Shown in pieces: positions 51,830-64,000 of a DNA stretch of 64,000 nucleotides (within the stretch, counting starts at the first letter, position 1; every line of letters begins with the position of its first letter). The stretch is from Mobula hypostoma (Eukaryota). The stretch spans positions 6,262,001 to 6,326,000 of the forward strand of contig NC_086108.1 of the NCBI RefSeq assembly GCF_963921235.1, written 5' to 3'. The notes under the pieces are model-generated. The model ran no database searches, was not told the origin of the DNA, and saw nothing but the letters and a program-made list of their open reading frames with translations. Both the position numbers and the translations under genes were made by a program.

Positions 51830-52530
51830 ATAAATGTGAGCTGTTGCACCTCGGTAGGTCAAATACAAGAAGACAGTTCACTGTTAAAGGCAAGATCCTT
51901 AACAGTGATGCTGAGCAGAGAGATCTTGGGTTCCAAGTTCATAGCTCCTAGAAAGTGGCTACACGGGTCGATGAGGTGGTTAAGGCAGCTTATAGAATGC
52001 TTTTATTAGTCGAGGCATTGAGTTCAAAAGTCAAGAGGTTACGTTGTAACTTTATAAAACTTTGGTTGGGCCACATCTGGAGTGTTGCATACAGTTCTGG
52101 TTGCCCCACTATAGGAAGGATGTTGAGGCTTTGGAGAGGGTGCAGAAGAGGTTTACCAGGATGCTGCCTGGTTTAGAGGGCATGTGCTATCATGAGAAGC
52201 TGGATAAACTTGGGTTGTTTTCTCTAGAGCACCAGAGGACATGCATTGAAGGTGTGAGGGGGAAGGTTCCAGGGGGATGAGAGGAAGTTTTTTACTCAGA
52301 GAGTGGTGGATGTCTGGAATGCGCTGCCTGGTACAGTAGTAGAGGCAAGTACATTCGAGGCTTTTAAGAGACGTTCGGATAGACACATGGATGTGAGGAA
52401 GATGGAGGGATGTGGACACGGTGTAGGTAGGAGGGATTAGTGTTTTGCTGTTTTTGATTTACTTTTTAGCTGGTTCAGCACAACACTGTGAGCCGAAGGG
52501 TCTGTTCCTGTGCTGTACTCTTCTAGGTTC
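51830..52530 (+). mobile_element. CR1 LINE 3' fragment
   Basis: NPDKCELLHLGRSN...PHLECCIQFWLPHYRKD. Confidence 0.85.
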
Positions 52531-53622
52531 TGTGCTGGTTATAGCTCTGCTGTTGTGTGTGAGTTTGCTGGATAGAAGGACCAGAGGGCACAGCATCAGA
52601 ATTCAAAAATGTCCCTTTAGAACAGAGATTAGGAGGAATTTCTTTAGCCAGAGGGGGATGAATCCGTGGAATTCATTACACAGATAGCTTGGAGGCCAAG
52701 TCACTGGGTGTATTTAAAGCAGAGGTTGTTAGGTTCTTGGTTATTCAGGGCATCAAAAGTTATGGGGAGAAGGTTGAGGCCCTTCATTGGTTGGAGTCAA
52801 CTAAGGATGTTGCGTCTAGCGCCTTTGTTGCCAGGGCAGAGCAATATGGAGAGCAGGCTGTTGCCCATGCAGCAGCCCCCCCTCTCCACATAGCTGATGA
52901 ATCCAAAGGAACAGCAGAGACCAAAACTGTTTGGTACCACCAGCATTGCAGGAGTTGCCAGTCAGCGTTAAGCTCAACATTGGACTGCCTTAGGACTCCA
53001 GCTTTGGATTTTTCCCTTGGGATTTACTCCCGAAGCCTTCCCCGTGAGTGGGTATAGCCGCAAGGCAGTGGAGGCTTGAGATCAGTGCTTTCCTTCTCCC
53101 TGATGAGCTGCCAACCATCCGCTCGAAGTAACCAGTAAGCCGCCTTTGCCCCGCTCCTAGAAACAGTTCCGCTGGGCTTAGTAGCTAAGCCACATGTGAA
53201 GGCCCGGAGCTGGACTTGATTGTCAGAGGCTATTTGAGGTGCACTCCATTGGGAGCATTTAATAGGTAGTAGGAGCTTGTCCCCATTACCACCCTCCATG
53301 GCTATAATAACTAAGGAACTGAATGGGGTTGAGCAGTATAATAAATCCCCCATGATGGGATGGTGAAGCAGACTCCAGACTCCATAGACCAAATGGCCTA
53401 ATTCTGCTTCTATGTCTTGTGGTATTACAACTGTGACTTCATTGCCCATGAAGTGCTTTGGGAAACCACAGATGACGGAGAGGGTGGGCAAACTCTCAGG
53501 TAAGACCCCACCTGAAACCTGACAATCCGTCACAGTGCTGCGCTGCCTAGCCCAGTGAGACTTCAGTGCCCCCTAAACCATTGCCGTGCCCTTCTTCCTA
53601 AACTCTCCTCGTTTCCACGTAG

Positions 53623-53757
53623 GTCTGGTTCAAAAACCGACGGGCCAAGTCAAGGAAACAGAAGACGCCCCTCCAAGGGAGGGTGAGCAGTTCGAGTATG
53701 TGTGACACCGTGGAGGACGCGGGCAAGGTCTCAGTCCATTCCAGTACGAAGTCATGA
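53623..53757 (+). CDS. Exon 3 of goosecoid-related homeobox gene (helix 3 with K50, C-terminus, stop)
   Basis: Pyrimidine tract then TAG|GTCTGGTTCAAAAACCGA, giving [44 protein letters not shown]. Phase 0 matches exon 2. ATTAAA at 53903 is a possible polyA signal. Confidence 0.9.
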   Translation, partial: [44 protein letters not shown]

Positions 53758-54230
53758 TGCATCAGAATTGAGCGGCTCTTGGTGTTACACCCAAACGCTC
53801 CCAGTTTCTGGGTCCCAATCTGGCCTGGATTTTGTTAAACAGCAAAACATGGAAGTTTACTTAGAAAAGAGTCCCTGGAAGGAAAATGCTCGACATCCCC
53901 TGATTAAAGTGAACAAGAGAAAATATGCAGATGCTGGAAATCCAAGCAACACACACAAAATGCTGGAGGAACTCAGCAGCATCTAGGAAAAGAGTACAGC
54001 CAACATTTCGGGCAAAGACCCTTAATTTTACTTTAACCATTCACTTTAATCATTTATATGTGACCACTTGCTGTGTCAAGGGCATTGTCACAACAAATGC
54101 TTCAATCCAAACTTTGAACTCACACCAACTGGGTTTTTTTCCACGTTTTGACTCGTCTAACCTCTGCGGATCCCAATCTGAATTACTGCAGACCAGCTCT
54201 GCAAAGATTCTCCAAACCTCTCAAAAAATC

Positions 54231-54315
54231 ATGGCTCGAATCTCGATGGTGAATGGTGCTTGCTTTGCACAAAGCCTGGTACTTATTTGTGGTTTGATGA
54301 TTTACTCTTCTGCTG
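54231..54315 (+). CDS. Candidate signal-peptide first exon of an unidentified downstream gene
   Basis: Kozak AAAATCATGG; MARISMVNGACFAQSLVLICGLMIYSSA has a hydrophobic core and small-residue end, followed by phase-1 donor G|GTGAG. Sequence is unique. No matching second exon found. Confidence 0.4.
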
Positions 54316-54704
54316 GTGAGCTGGCAGTGGTGAAAGAAATCAGATACAGTTGTAGTGTGATTAATTACAGAGTAGTATCGAGATGCTAGACTGGAGCGAC
54401 TAGAGTTCAAATCCTGCTACAGTAGCTTGGGATTTTAAATTAAATTAAGTCAACTTGGAATGAGAAGGTAGTCTCAGTAATGGTGAACATGATGTAAACA
54501 CCTACCTGCTGACAAGTATCCTTGAAAAGAGGAAATCTGTGGTCTTTAACCAGTTTGGTCTTTTGTGACTCCAGGCCAAACAGTGAAGTCGAACTTTATT
54601 GAGGAAGAATTAAACTTTATTGGTCAACTTTGCCACTAAATATCAGTCCTGTGAATGGATAATAACCAACAGTTAAAAACTTTATCTGCTCTGGGAGATT
54701 GTGA

Positions 54705-55400
54705 AGTGTGTGTGCGCGTGCGTGTGCGAGAGAGAGAGATTGGGAGAGAGGGGAAAGGAAGAGAGAGAGAGGGAGGAAAAAATGAGAAAGAGGAGGGGAA
54801 AGAAGGGGAAATGAGGAGGGACAAGGGGAGAGAGGTTGGGAGAGGGAGATGGAGGGGGGGAAGGGGGAAGAGGGAGAGAGGAAGACAGAGAGATGGAGGG
54901 AGAGGGGAGAGAAAGAGAAGAGGAGTGAGGGGCAGAGATGGGAGAGAGAAGGGGAAGAGGGGAGAGAGTGGAGAGAAGCGGGGAGAGGGAGAGAGATTGA
55001 GAGGGAGAAGAGGGGTGAAGAGGAAGGGGAGAGAGGGTGTGAGTCATAGGGAGAGGGGGAGGGAAGGAGGAGAGTGAGGGGGAGAGAAAGAGGAGGAGAG
55101 TGAGGGAGATAGGAGAGAGAAGGGGTAAAAGGGCAGGGGGAGAGAGGGGAGAGTGAGAGAAGATTGAGAAAGGGGGAGAGTGGGTGGAAGACATGGGGAA
55201 GAGGGAGAGAGGAAGTCAGGGAGGGAGAGTTTGGGGAGAGATGAAAGAGGGGGGAGAAAAAGAGGAGGAGAGATGGGAGAGAGAAGGGTTAAGAGGGCGT
55301 GGAGAGAGAGACTGGGAGAAAGGGGGAGAGAAGGGAGAGGGAGAAAGATTGAGGGGGGAGAGAGAAAGAGGGAAGGAGAAAGGGGAGGAGAGAGAGAGAA
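54705..55400. repeat. Polypurine (GA-rich) low-complexity tract
   Basis: Almost exclusively G/A on the + strand. Confidence 0.9.
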
Positions 55401-55639
55401 AAAAATATATATTTATCTGTGTGCACATGAGTGCATGTATGCTTGTGAGAGAGTATGTATGTTTTTGCCAGGGTGATGCATGTTTCTCTGTTCTACTGTA
55501 AATCCCCACAAGGAATTGAATCTTAGGGTTGTATATGGTGACAATAATAAACTTTGATAATAAATTTTCTTTGAACTTTGTTTTTGTGTGTTTCTATATG
55601 TAAGTTTGTACCTGCTTGTATTCTATGTGTGTGTGCATT

Positions 55640-58600
55640 TCCTGTGGAAAGCGGCCAGTGAAGGAGTGGAGCTTTGAGGCTTCGACGAGAAGAGGCGGAG
55701 GACGAGCTTGTTCCCAGTTAGTTTTTACAATGTCTCCTGAGACGGTGATGTGCCTATAATGTGAGATGTGGCAGTCTTGGGGGAACGCCCCTCTCCCGCA
55801 GAGTCACATCTGCCAGCAGTGCATACGGCTGGGCGATCTGGAAGACCGTGTGAGGAATCTGGAGCAGCAGCTGGTTGACCTTCGACTCATAAGGGAGAAT
55901 GAGGCAGTCATAGATGAGAGCTACAGGGAGGTAGTCACACCTAGGCTGCCGGAAGCAGGTCGTTGGGTGACAGTCAGAGGGGGGAAAGCGAAGGTGTGTA
56001 GACAGGTAGTGCAGAGCACCCCTGTAGCCGTTCCCCTGGATACTGTTGGCGGGGACGACCGACCAGGTGTGAGCCACGGTGGCAGGGCCTCCGGCACTGA
56101 GTCTGACCCTGTGGTGCAAAAGGGTGGGACAGAGAAGAGGAGAGCTGTCGTCATTAGGGACTCTATAGTCGGGGGAGCAGACAGGAGATTTTGTGGACGT
56201 GAGAAGGACACCCGCATGGTTTGTTGCCTCCCGGGTGCCAGGGTCCAGGATGTCTCTGACCGGGTGCACGACATCCTGGTATGAGAGAGAAAGCAACCAG
56301 AAGTCGTGATACATGTTGGCACCAATGACATAGGCAGGAAGAGGGATGGGGTCCTGAAGTGTGAGTTTCGGGAACTAGGCAGAAGGCTGAAGAACAGGAC
56401 CTCAAGGGTGGCGTTCTCAGGATTGCTGCCAGTGCTACGTGACAGTGATGGTAAGAATTGGAGGAGATGGCAGTTGAATGCGTGGCTGAGGAGTTGGTGC
56501 AGGGGGCAGGGATTTAGATTTTTGGATCATTGGGATCTCTTCTGGGGAAGGTGAAACCTGTACAGATTGGATGGGTTGAACCTGAATTCGAGGGTGAGCA
56601 ATATCCTTGCAGGTAGGTTTGCTAGCATGGTTCGGGAGGGTTTAAACTGATTTGCGAGGGGGATGGGACCCGGAGCAATAGAGCAATGAAAGAAGTGCAT
56701 GGAGTAAAGCCAGATCTAACATATAGAGAGGCTTTGAGAAAAGAGTAGCAGAATAAAGGGTGTAAAGGTAGTAAGGTAGAAGGGCTAAAGTGCGTGTACT
56801 TCAATGTAAGAAGCATCAGGAACAAAGGTGATGAACTGAGAGCTTGCATACAGACATGGAATTATGATGTAGTGGCCATTACAGAGACTTGGCTGGCACT
56901 AGGGCAGGAATGGATTCTCAATATTCCTGGATTTCAGTGCTTTAAAAGGGATGGGGTGGGGGAAGGGGAGGAGGGGTAGCATTACTGGTCAGGGATACTA
57001 TTACAGCTACAGGAAGGGTGAATGTAACAGGATCCTCTTTTGAGTCAGTATGGGTGGAAGTCAGGAACAGGAAGGGAGCAGTTACTCTATTGGGGGTATT
57101 CTATAGGTCCCCTGGTAGCAGCAGAGATACCGAGGAGCAGATTGGGAGGCAGATTTTGGAAAGGTGCAAAACTAACAGGGTTGTTATCATGGGTGACTTT
57201 AACTTCCCTAATATTAATTGGCACCTAATTAGTTCCAAGGGCTTAGATGGGGCAGAGTTTGTTAAGTGTGTCCAGGACGGATTCCTGTCACAGTATGTTG
57301 ACAGGCCGACTAGGGGGAATGCCATACTAGATCTAGTATTAGGTAACGAACCAGGTCAGGTCACAGATCTCTCAGTGGGTGAGCATCTGGGGGACAGTGA
57401 CCACCACTCCCTGGCCTTTAGCATTATCATGGAAAAGGATAGAATCAGAGAGGACAGGAAAATTTTTAATTGGGCAAGGGCAAATTATGAGGCTATAAGG
57501 CTAGAACTTGCAGGTGTGAATTGGGATGATTTTTGCAGGGAAATGTACTATGGACATGTGGTTGATGTTTAGGGCTCTCTTGCAGGATGTTAGGGATAAA
57601 TTTGTCCCGGTGAGGAAGATAAAGAATGGTAGGGTGAAGGAACCATGGGTGACAAGTGAGGTGGAAAATCTAGTCGGGTGGAAGAAGGCAGTATACATGA
57701 GGTTTAGGAAGCAAGGATCAGATGGGTCTATTGAGGAATATAGGGTAGCAAGAAAGGAGCTTAAGAAGGGGGCATGAGAAGGCCTTGGCGAGTAGGGTAA
57801 AGGAAAACCCCAAGGCATTCTTCAATGATGTGAAGAACAAAAGGTTGACAGGAGTGAAGGTAGGACCGATTAGAGATAAAGGTGGGAAGATGTGCTTGGA
57901 GGCTGTGGAAGTGAGTGAGGTCCTCAATGAATACTTTTCTTTGGTATTCACCAATGAGAGGGAACTTGATGATGGTGAGGACAATATGAGTGAGGTTGAT
58001 GTTCTGGAGCATGTAGATATTAAGGGAGAGGAGGTGTTGGAGTTGTTAAAATACATTAGGATGGGTAAGTCCCCGGGGCCTGACAGAATATTCCCCAGGC
58101 TGCTCCACGAGGCGAGGGAAGAGATTGCTGAGCCTCTGGCTAGGATCTTTATGTCCTCGTTGTCCATAGGAATGGTACCAGGGATTGGAGGGAGGCGAAT
58201 GTTGTCCCCTTGTTCAAAAAAGGTAGTAGGGATAGTCCAGATAATTATAGACCAGTAAGCCTTACGTCTGTGGTGGGAAAGCTATTGGAAAAAATTCTTA
58301 GAGATAGGATCTATGGGCATTTAGAGAATCATGGTCTGATCAGGGACCATCAGCATGGCTTTGTGAAGGGCAGATCATGTCTAACAAGCCTGATAGAGTT
58401 CTTTGAGGAGGTGACCAGGCATATAGATGAGGGTAGTGCAGTGGATGTGATCTACATGGATTTTAGTAAGGCATTTGACAAGGTTCCACATGGTAGGCTT
58501 ATTCAGAAAGTCAGAAGGCATGGGAGCCAGGGATGTTTGGCCAGGTGGATTCAGAATTGGCTTGCCTGCAGAAGGCAGAGGGTCGTGGTGGAAGGAGTAC

Positions 58601-59607
58601 ATTCAGATTGGAGTGTTGTGACTAGTGGTGTCCCACAAGAATCTGTTCTGGGACCTCTACTCTTCGTGATTTTTATTAACGACCTGGATGTTGGGGTAGA
58701 AGGGTGGGTTGGCAAGTTTGCAGATGACACAAAGGTTGGTGGTGTTGTAGATAGTGTAGAGGATTGTCAAAGATTGCAGAGAGACATTGATAGGTTGCAG
58801 AAGTGGCTGAGAAGTGGCAGATGGAGTTCAACCCGGAGAAGTGTGAGGTGGTACACTTTGGAAGGACAAACTCCAAGGCAGAGTACAAAGTAAATGGCAG
58901 GATACTTGGTAGTGTGGAGGAGCAGAGGGATCTGGGGGTACATGTCCACAAATCCATGAAAGTTGCCTCACAGGTAGATAGGGTAGTTAAGAAAGTTTAT
59001 GGGGTGTTTGCTTTCATAGGTCGAGGGATAGAGTTTAAGAGTCGAGATGTAATGATGCAGCTCTATAAAATTCTGGTTAGGCCACACTTGGAGTACTGTG
59101 TCCAGTTCTGGTCGCCTCACTATAGGAAGGATGTGGAAGCATTGGAAAGGGTACAGAAGAGATTTACCAGGATGCTGCCTGGTTTAGAAAGTATGCATTA
59201 TGATCAGAGATTAAGGGAGCTAGGGCTTTACTCTTTGGAGAGAAGGAGGATGAGAGGAGACATGATCGAGGTGTACAAGATATTAAGAGGAATAGATAGA
59301 GTGGATAGCCAGCGCCTCTTCCCCAGGCACCGCTGCTCAATACAGGAGGACATGGCTTTAAGATAAGGGGTGGGAAGTTCAAGGGGGATATTAGAGGAAG
59401 GTTTTTTGCTCAGAGAGTGGTTGGTGCGTGGAATGCACTGCCTGAGTCAGTGGTGGAGGCAGATACACTAGTGAAATTTAAGAGACTATTTGACAGGTAT
59501 ATGGAGGAATTTAAGGTGGGGCATTATATGGGAGGCAGGGTTTGAGGGTCAGCACAAAATTGGGCCGAAGTGCCTGTAATGTGCTGTACTATTCTATGTT
59601 CTATGTA
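55640..59607 (+). mobile_element. Near full-length CR1 LINE: ORF1 (zinc finger, coiled coil, SGNH esterase) and ORF2 (APE plus RT), frameshifted
   Basis: HICQQC...LEQQL; RAVVIRDSIV...CCLPGARV...HVGTNDIG; YFNVRSIRNK...ITETWL...MGDFN...[14 protein letters not shown]...FADDTK; (TTCTATG)n tail. Confidence 0.93.
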
Positions 59608-60399
59608 CATATCTGTGTGCGTGTGTGTGTATCTGTCTGCCTGGAGCACAGGGGACGTGCCCACGGGTTATTTGAAGGTAGCTGACCCACATGCCAGCTC
59701 TGTCCACAGTCACAATCTGTCGACACTCAGAAAATGAACAGTTGCCATCGCCTACTGCCTCATCAGCCCGTCCCACAGAACACAATCGTGATAGTTTACA
59801 GTACCAGCCACTAGGCCCATTGTGGCTCTCCCTACCAATCTAGGCTAAATCCACTCCCCAGCTCCCAGTGCTGCAGATTCATCGCCCTATCAGGTAAATT
59901 GTTTTTTTAACTGCTGTCCTCTGGCAGGGAACATTTTCCCTCATTCCACCCCTATCACCCTCATTGCTCCCCCATCTGGGCAACATTTTATTACCAGGTC
60001 AATTACACCTCCCTTCAGCCTTCCAAAAGAACTCACTCACAGCCTCACCACAGTCCACTGCACAAGGTCAGTGGATCTACACTCCAAGCCAAATAACACT
60101 TTAAACCACCCTCGGATGCTGTGTGAAAAGATCGCAAAATTATCATTATTTACCATTGAGGAGAATTGCCTTCCGGAATGGCCACAAAGCTTGAAACGAG
60201 CTCCCCCTGGTGTCTACAGGAGACAAGTACAGAGCCGCCGAACTTTCAAACATGAGGTGCTGGAAATCCAGAGTCTTCTTCTCAAGCTAATCATCCCTGC
60301 TGGGACGAAGGCCACTGACAGGATCTCTCCAGACACCTCTGTCCTCGACCAGTCCTTCAAGATTTCTCCAGGTAAAGCCCATCTTCAAAGATCCTTTAT

Positions 60400-62120
60400 A
60401 TCAACCTCTGGCTTAATTATACCCAATGACTTGGCCTCCATAGTGACAAATTTCACAGATTCACCACTCCCTGACTAAAGAATTCCTTCTCATATCCATT
60501 CTAAATGGAAGTCCCTCCATTCTGAGGCTGTGTCCTCTAGTCCTAGACTCCCCCACCATAGGAAACATCCTCTCCACATCCACTCTATCAATGCTTTCCA
60601 ACATTTGATAGGTTTAAAAGAGATCTCCCCTCATTCTTCTGAATTCCAGTGAGTACAGTCCAAGAGCCATCAAATACTCTTCGTATGATGAGCCTTTCAT
60701 TCCCAGAATAATTTTTGTGAACCTCCTTCGAACCCTTTCCAATGTCAGCACATCCTTTCTCGGATGAAAGGCCCAAAACTGCCCACAATACTCCAAGTGA
60801 GGCCTCACCAGTGCCTTATAAAGCCTCAACATTACATCCTTGCTTTTATATTCTACTCCTCTTGAAATGAATGCTCACATCGCATTTGCCTTCCTCACCA
60901 CTGATTCAACCTGCAAATTAACCTTCAGAAAATCCAGCATGAAGACTCCCAAGTCCCTTCAGGTTTTTTGAATTTTACGGGATGTGGCCGCTAGCCCCAA
61001 GCCCAACCCTCCTACTTTTGGAGCTAGACTTGGGACCGTCCATGGTGGAACTGGAAACCCAGAGTATCACAAAATGTCAGAGGAACTCATCAGGTCAGGC
61101 AGGAATAAACAATTGATGTTTATGGCCAAGTCCCTTCATCGGGACTGTCCCCCTACCCCCCCAATTGTTGACTGTTTATTCATTTCCACAGATGCTGCCT
61201 GACCTGAGTTCCTCCAGTATTTTGTAGATGTTACCATACAAAGCCTTAACCCCTGGGGTCCGAGACATACTCAAGTCTGTAACCAGTCCCAGGAGCTTGT
61301 TGACAGCTTCTGGCCAATAACTCATCACTGGTAGGTGCTCATCCTTAAAGTACGTGGATAAAATCAGGTCCACAGATTGCTTTGTATTTCTACAGCACCT
61401 TTCACGGCCTTGGAATGTCCCAAAGTTGTGAATCTGTGGAATTCGTTACCACAGGCTACTGTGGAGGCCAGGTCATTGGGAGTATTTAAGGCAAAGATTG
61501 ATAGATTCTTTATTAGTCAGGGCATGAAGGGATTCAGTGAGAAGGCAAGAGTCATAGGATCATAGAAAAGCACAACTCATGAACCAGGCCCTTTGGCCCA
61601 TCTAGTCCATGCCAAACAATCTAAACTGCCTATCTCATCGCATGCACCCGAGACCATAGCCCTCCATGTACCTATCCAAACTTCTCTCAAACATTGAAAT
61701 TGAGGTAGCATGCACCACTTGTGCTGACAGCTCATTCCACACTCCTACAACTCTCTGAGTGAAGAAGGTTCCCCTCACGTTCCCCTTAAACTTTTCATCT
61801 TTCACCCTGAACCCATGACCTCTGGTTGTAGTCCAATTCAACCTCCGTGGGAAAAACCTGTTTGTATTTATCCTATCTATACCCCTCATAATTTTGTATA
61901 CCTCTATTAAATCTTCTCTCAATCTTTTATGTTCCAAGGAATAAAGTCCTACCCTATTCAATCTTTCCTTATAACTTAGGTCCTCCAGACCTGGCAACAT
62001 TCTTGGAAATTTTCTCTGCACTCTTTCAACCCTATTTACGTCTTTCCTGTAGGTAGGTGACCAGAACTGCACACAATACTCCAAATTAGGCCTCACCAAT
62101 GTCTTATACAACTTCACCTT
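60400..62120 (-). mobile_element. CR1 3' fragments (60400-60980, 61560-62120)
   Basis: YKALVRPHLEYCGQFW; LYKTLVRPNLEYCVQFWSP...FFTQRVVGVWN. Confidence 0.85.
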
Positions 62121-62689
62121 AACAGAATGGGGTAGAGCAGGAAATGGATCAGCCATGATGGAATGGTGGAGCAGACTCGATGGGCTGAATGGCCTAATTC
62201 TGCCTCTCTATCTTATGGTCTCATGGTCCCAAAGGTGAGTTACTTTTAAGATACAGGCACGATTGGAATGGAGGGAATGCAGTAATTCCTACACAGAGAG
62301 CTCCTGCAAACTCCAGTGAGATCCGTGATGGCAGTTCTAACTGAAGAATGGCATCAAACGGGGACTTTTCTGGTCGCCTCATTACAGGAAGGATGTGGAA
62401 GCTCTAGAGAGGGTGCAGAGGGGATTTACCAGGATGCTGCCTGGATTAGAGAGCATGTCTTATGGGGATAGTTTGAGCAAGCTAGAGCTCTCCTCTCTGG
62501 AGTGAAGGGGACTTGATAGATGATCAGAGGCATAGATCAAATGGACAGCCAGAGACTTTTTCCCACATAGTCCTCCTAAATACACTCCTCCAGTCCACAA
62601 CATTGTGCCAACCTCTTAACCGACTCTAAAATCAATGTAACAATTCCCTCCTACATAACCCTCCATTTTACTATCATCCATTGGAGAAA

Positions 62690-63150
62690 GGGAAGGAGGA
62701 GGGGACCCAGAGGGAGGTAATGGGCAGATGAGGAGAAGGGATGAGAGGAACCTAAATCAGGAATGGAAAGGGGGGGGCGCTGTAGAAACTATCAGGTTAG
62801 ATAATCAGGTATTTCCATCAGATTGGAGGTGACCTACAAGGAAGATGAGATGTTGCTCCTCCAGCCTGAGTTTGGCCTCATTATGGCAGTAGAGGAGACC
62901 ACGGACAGGCATGCCAGAAGGGGAAGTCAGATTGAAATGGGAGGTCACTGTGAGATCCTGCACTAACTTGCGGCAGACAGAGCGAAGATGTTCCCCTGTC
63001 TACGTCGGGTCTGTACTGAGTCTATACAGGGACCATACTGGGAGCACCAGACGCAGTAGGCAACCCCGACAGACTCTCAGGTGAAGTGTTGCCTCACCTG
63101 GAAGAACTGTTTGAGGTCTTGAATGGTGGTAAGAGAGAAGGTGTAAGGGA
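62690..63150 (-). mobile_element. Penelope-like GIY-YIG 3' fragment
   Basis: Homologous to 47300-47740 (FQVRQHFT*ESVG...AKLRLEEQHLIF). Confidence 0.75.
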
Positions 63151-64000
63151 ACTCTTTTTGGAGTTTTGGCTTCATACTGAACCAGAAATTTTGTCAAAAA
63201 GGCTACTAACTATTAAATATCAAGTACACTTACTGAATAAGTTGATTTCTGGTTCTCTAATGTGTAACTTTCATCAATGTTTTTGGCAAAGCACAGTACT
63301 GTGGTAATTTTATGTATTGTGCTGTACTGTCGACACGAAAAAGACTAATTTCATGACGTATACGAGTGATGATAAACCTGATTCTGATCTGGGTCTCTAT
63401 TGTGGACTGAGAGTGGGAAGGGGGCCAGGAGAGGGGGATCATGTTTGGGAAAGGGGGAAGGGAGAGGGGAGGAAGCAGGAAGCACCAGAGAGACATCCTG
63501 TAATCAATAAAACAATTGTTTGGAATCAAGTGACCGTGCCTGGTGTCTCAGGGTTGGGTGTGTCTGCACCCACACCACCCCATGTCCCTGGCACTCCTTC
63601 TCTGCCACCTGTCCCACACCCCTCCCGCAGCACTCCACCCTCACCATTCCGCACATCCTTTGCTCCTCGAGTTTACAAACACGTTCACTGCCCCACGTTA
63701 CTGTACTGTGTAAAAGTCTTAGGCACATAGCTACAGGTACCTAAGACTTTTGCACAGTGCTGTAAAATCTATAACTGGCAAACATTTCTCTATGGAAATT
63801 AAAAAATACAAAACCATTTCAACACGAATGAAGTTTCACTAAAATGCAATCAATCTTAACAGAACCAAAATTCAAACTGCAGTTTTGGGTCTAATGAAAG
63901 CATTTCTGTAAAAGGCTACAGGATATTTTCCTTACTGAAGGTGCCATAGAAATACTTGTTGTTGTACTAGAAGAGATTTATAATTTGAATAGATAGTGAA

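Noticed and set aside
54655..55509. R/G/E-rich and S/P/L-rich ORFs
   Set aside because: Translation of the GA low-complexity tract.
59710..59892. Possible second exon (CACAG|...CAG|GTAAAT) for the signal-peptide exon
   Set aside because: All three frames hit stops before the donor and no homology is recognisable.
60200..60213. CTCF-like motif (reverse ACACCAGGGGGAGC)
   Set aside because: Single imperfect short motif with no supporting evidence.
61176..61400. Possible minus-strand exon DLILSTYFKDEHLPVMSYWPEAV
   Set aside because: No recognisable homolog, weak splice context and no partner exons.
1..64000. CRISPR arrays, rRNA, functional tRNA genes, prokaryotic systems
   Set aside because: None seen; tRNA-like boxes belong to SINE heads and the tandem arrays lack unique spacers.

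Overview
Vertebrate genomic DNA, very probably from a cartilaginous fish (ray/shark-type CR1, Rex1/Babar, Penelope, V-SINE and Tc1 repeats). Most of the window is transposon-derived. One host gene can be reconstructed: a three-exon, plus-strand PRD-class K50 homeobox gene (exons 33902-34181, ~38365-38567, 53623-53757; ~205 aa) with an N-terminal eh1 motif. It is goosecoid-related but clearly diverged from canonical Gsc, and has features reminiscent of teleost dharma/bozozok. Its proximal promoter has a TATA box and paired FoxH1, Smad, TCF-like, Sox and K50 motifs. Its first splice donor appears to have been replaced by the 5' end of a CR1 LINE. Other contents: a full-length but decayed Gmr1-type Gypsy retrotransposon (6225-12313; integrase before RT); a Gypsy chromovirus remnant containing an RTE-derived SINE-like insert, which in turn carries a circularly permuted 178-bp piece of a host CYHR1/ZFTRAF1 exon; a ~5 kb G-rich 27-bp minisatellite; three Tc1 copies; a near full-length CR1; deeply nested TE stacks; and a candidate signal-peptide first exon of a downstream gene. 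Protein family assignments come from recalled motifs, not database searches.
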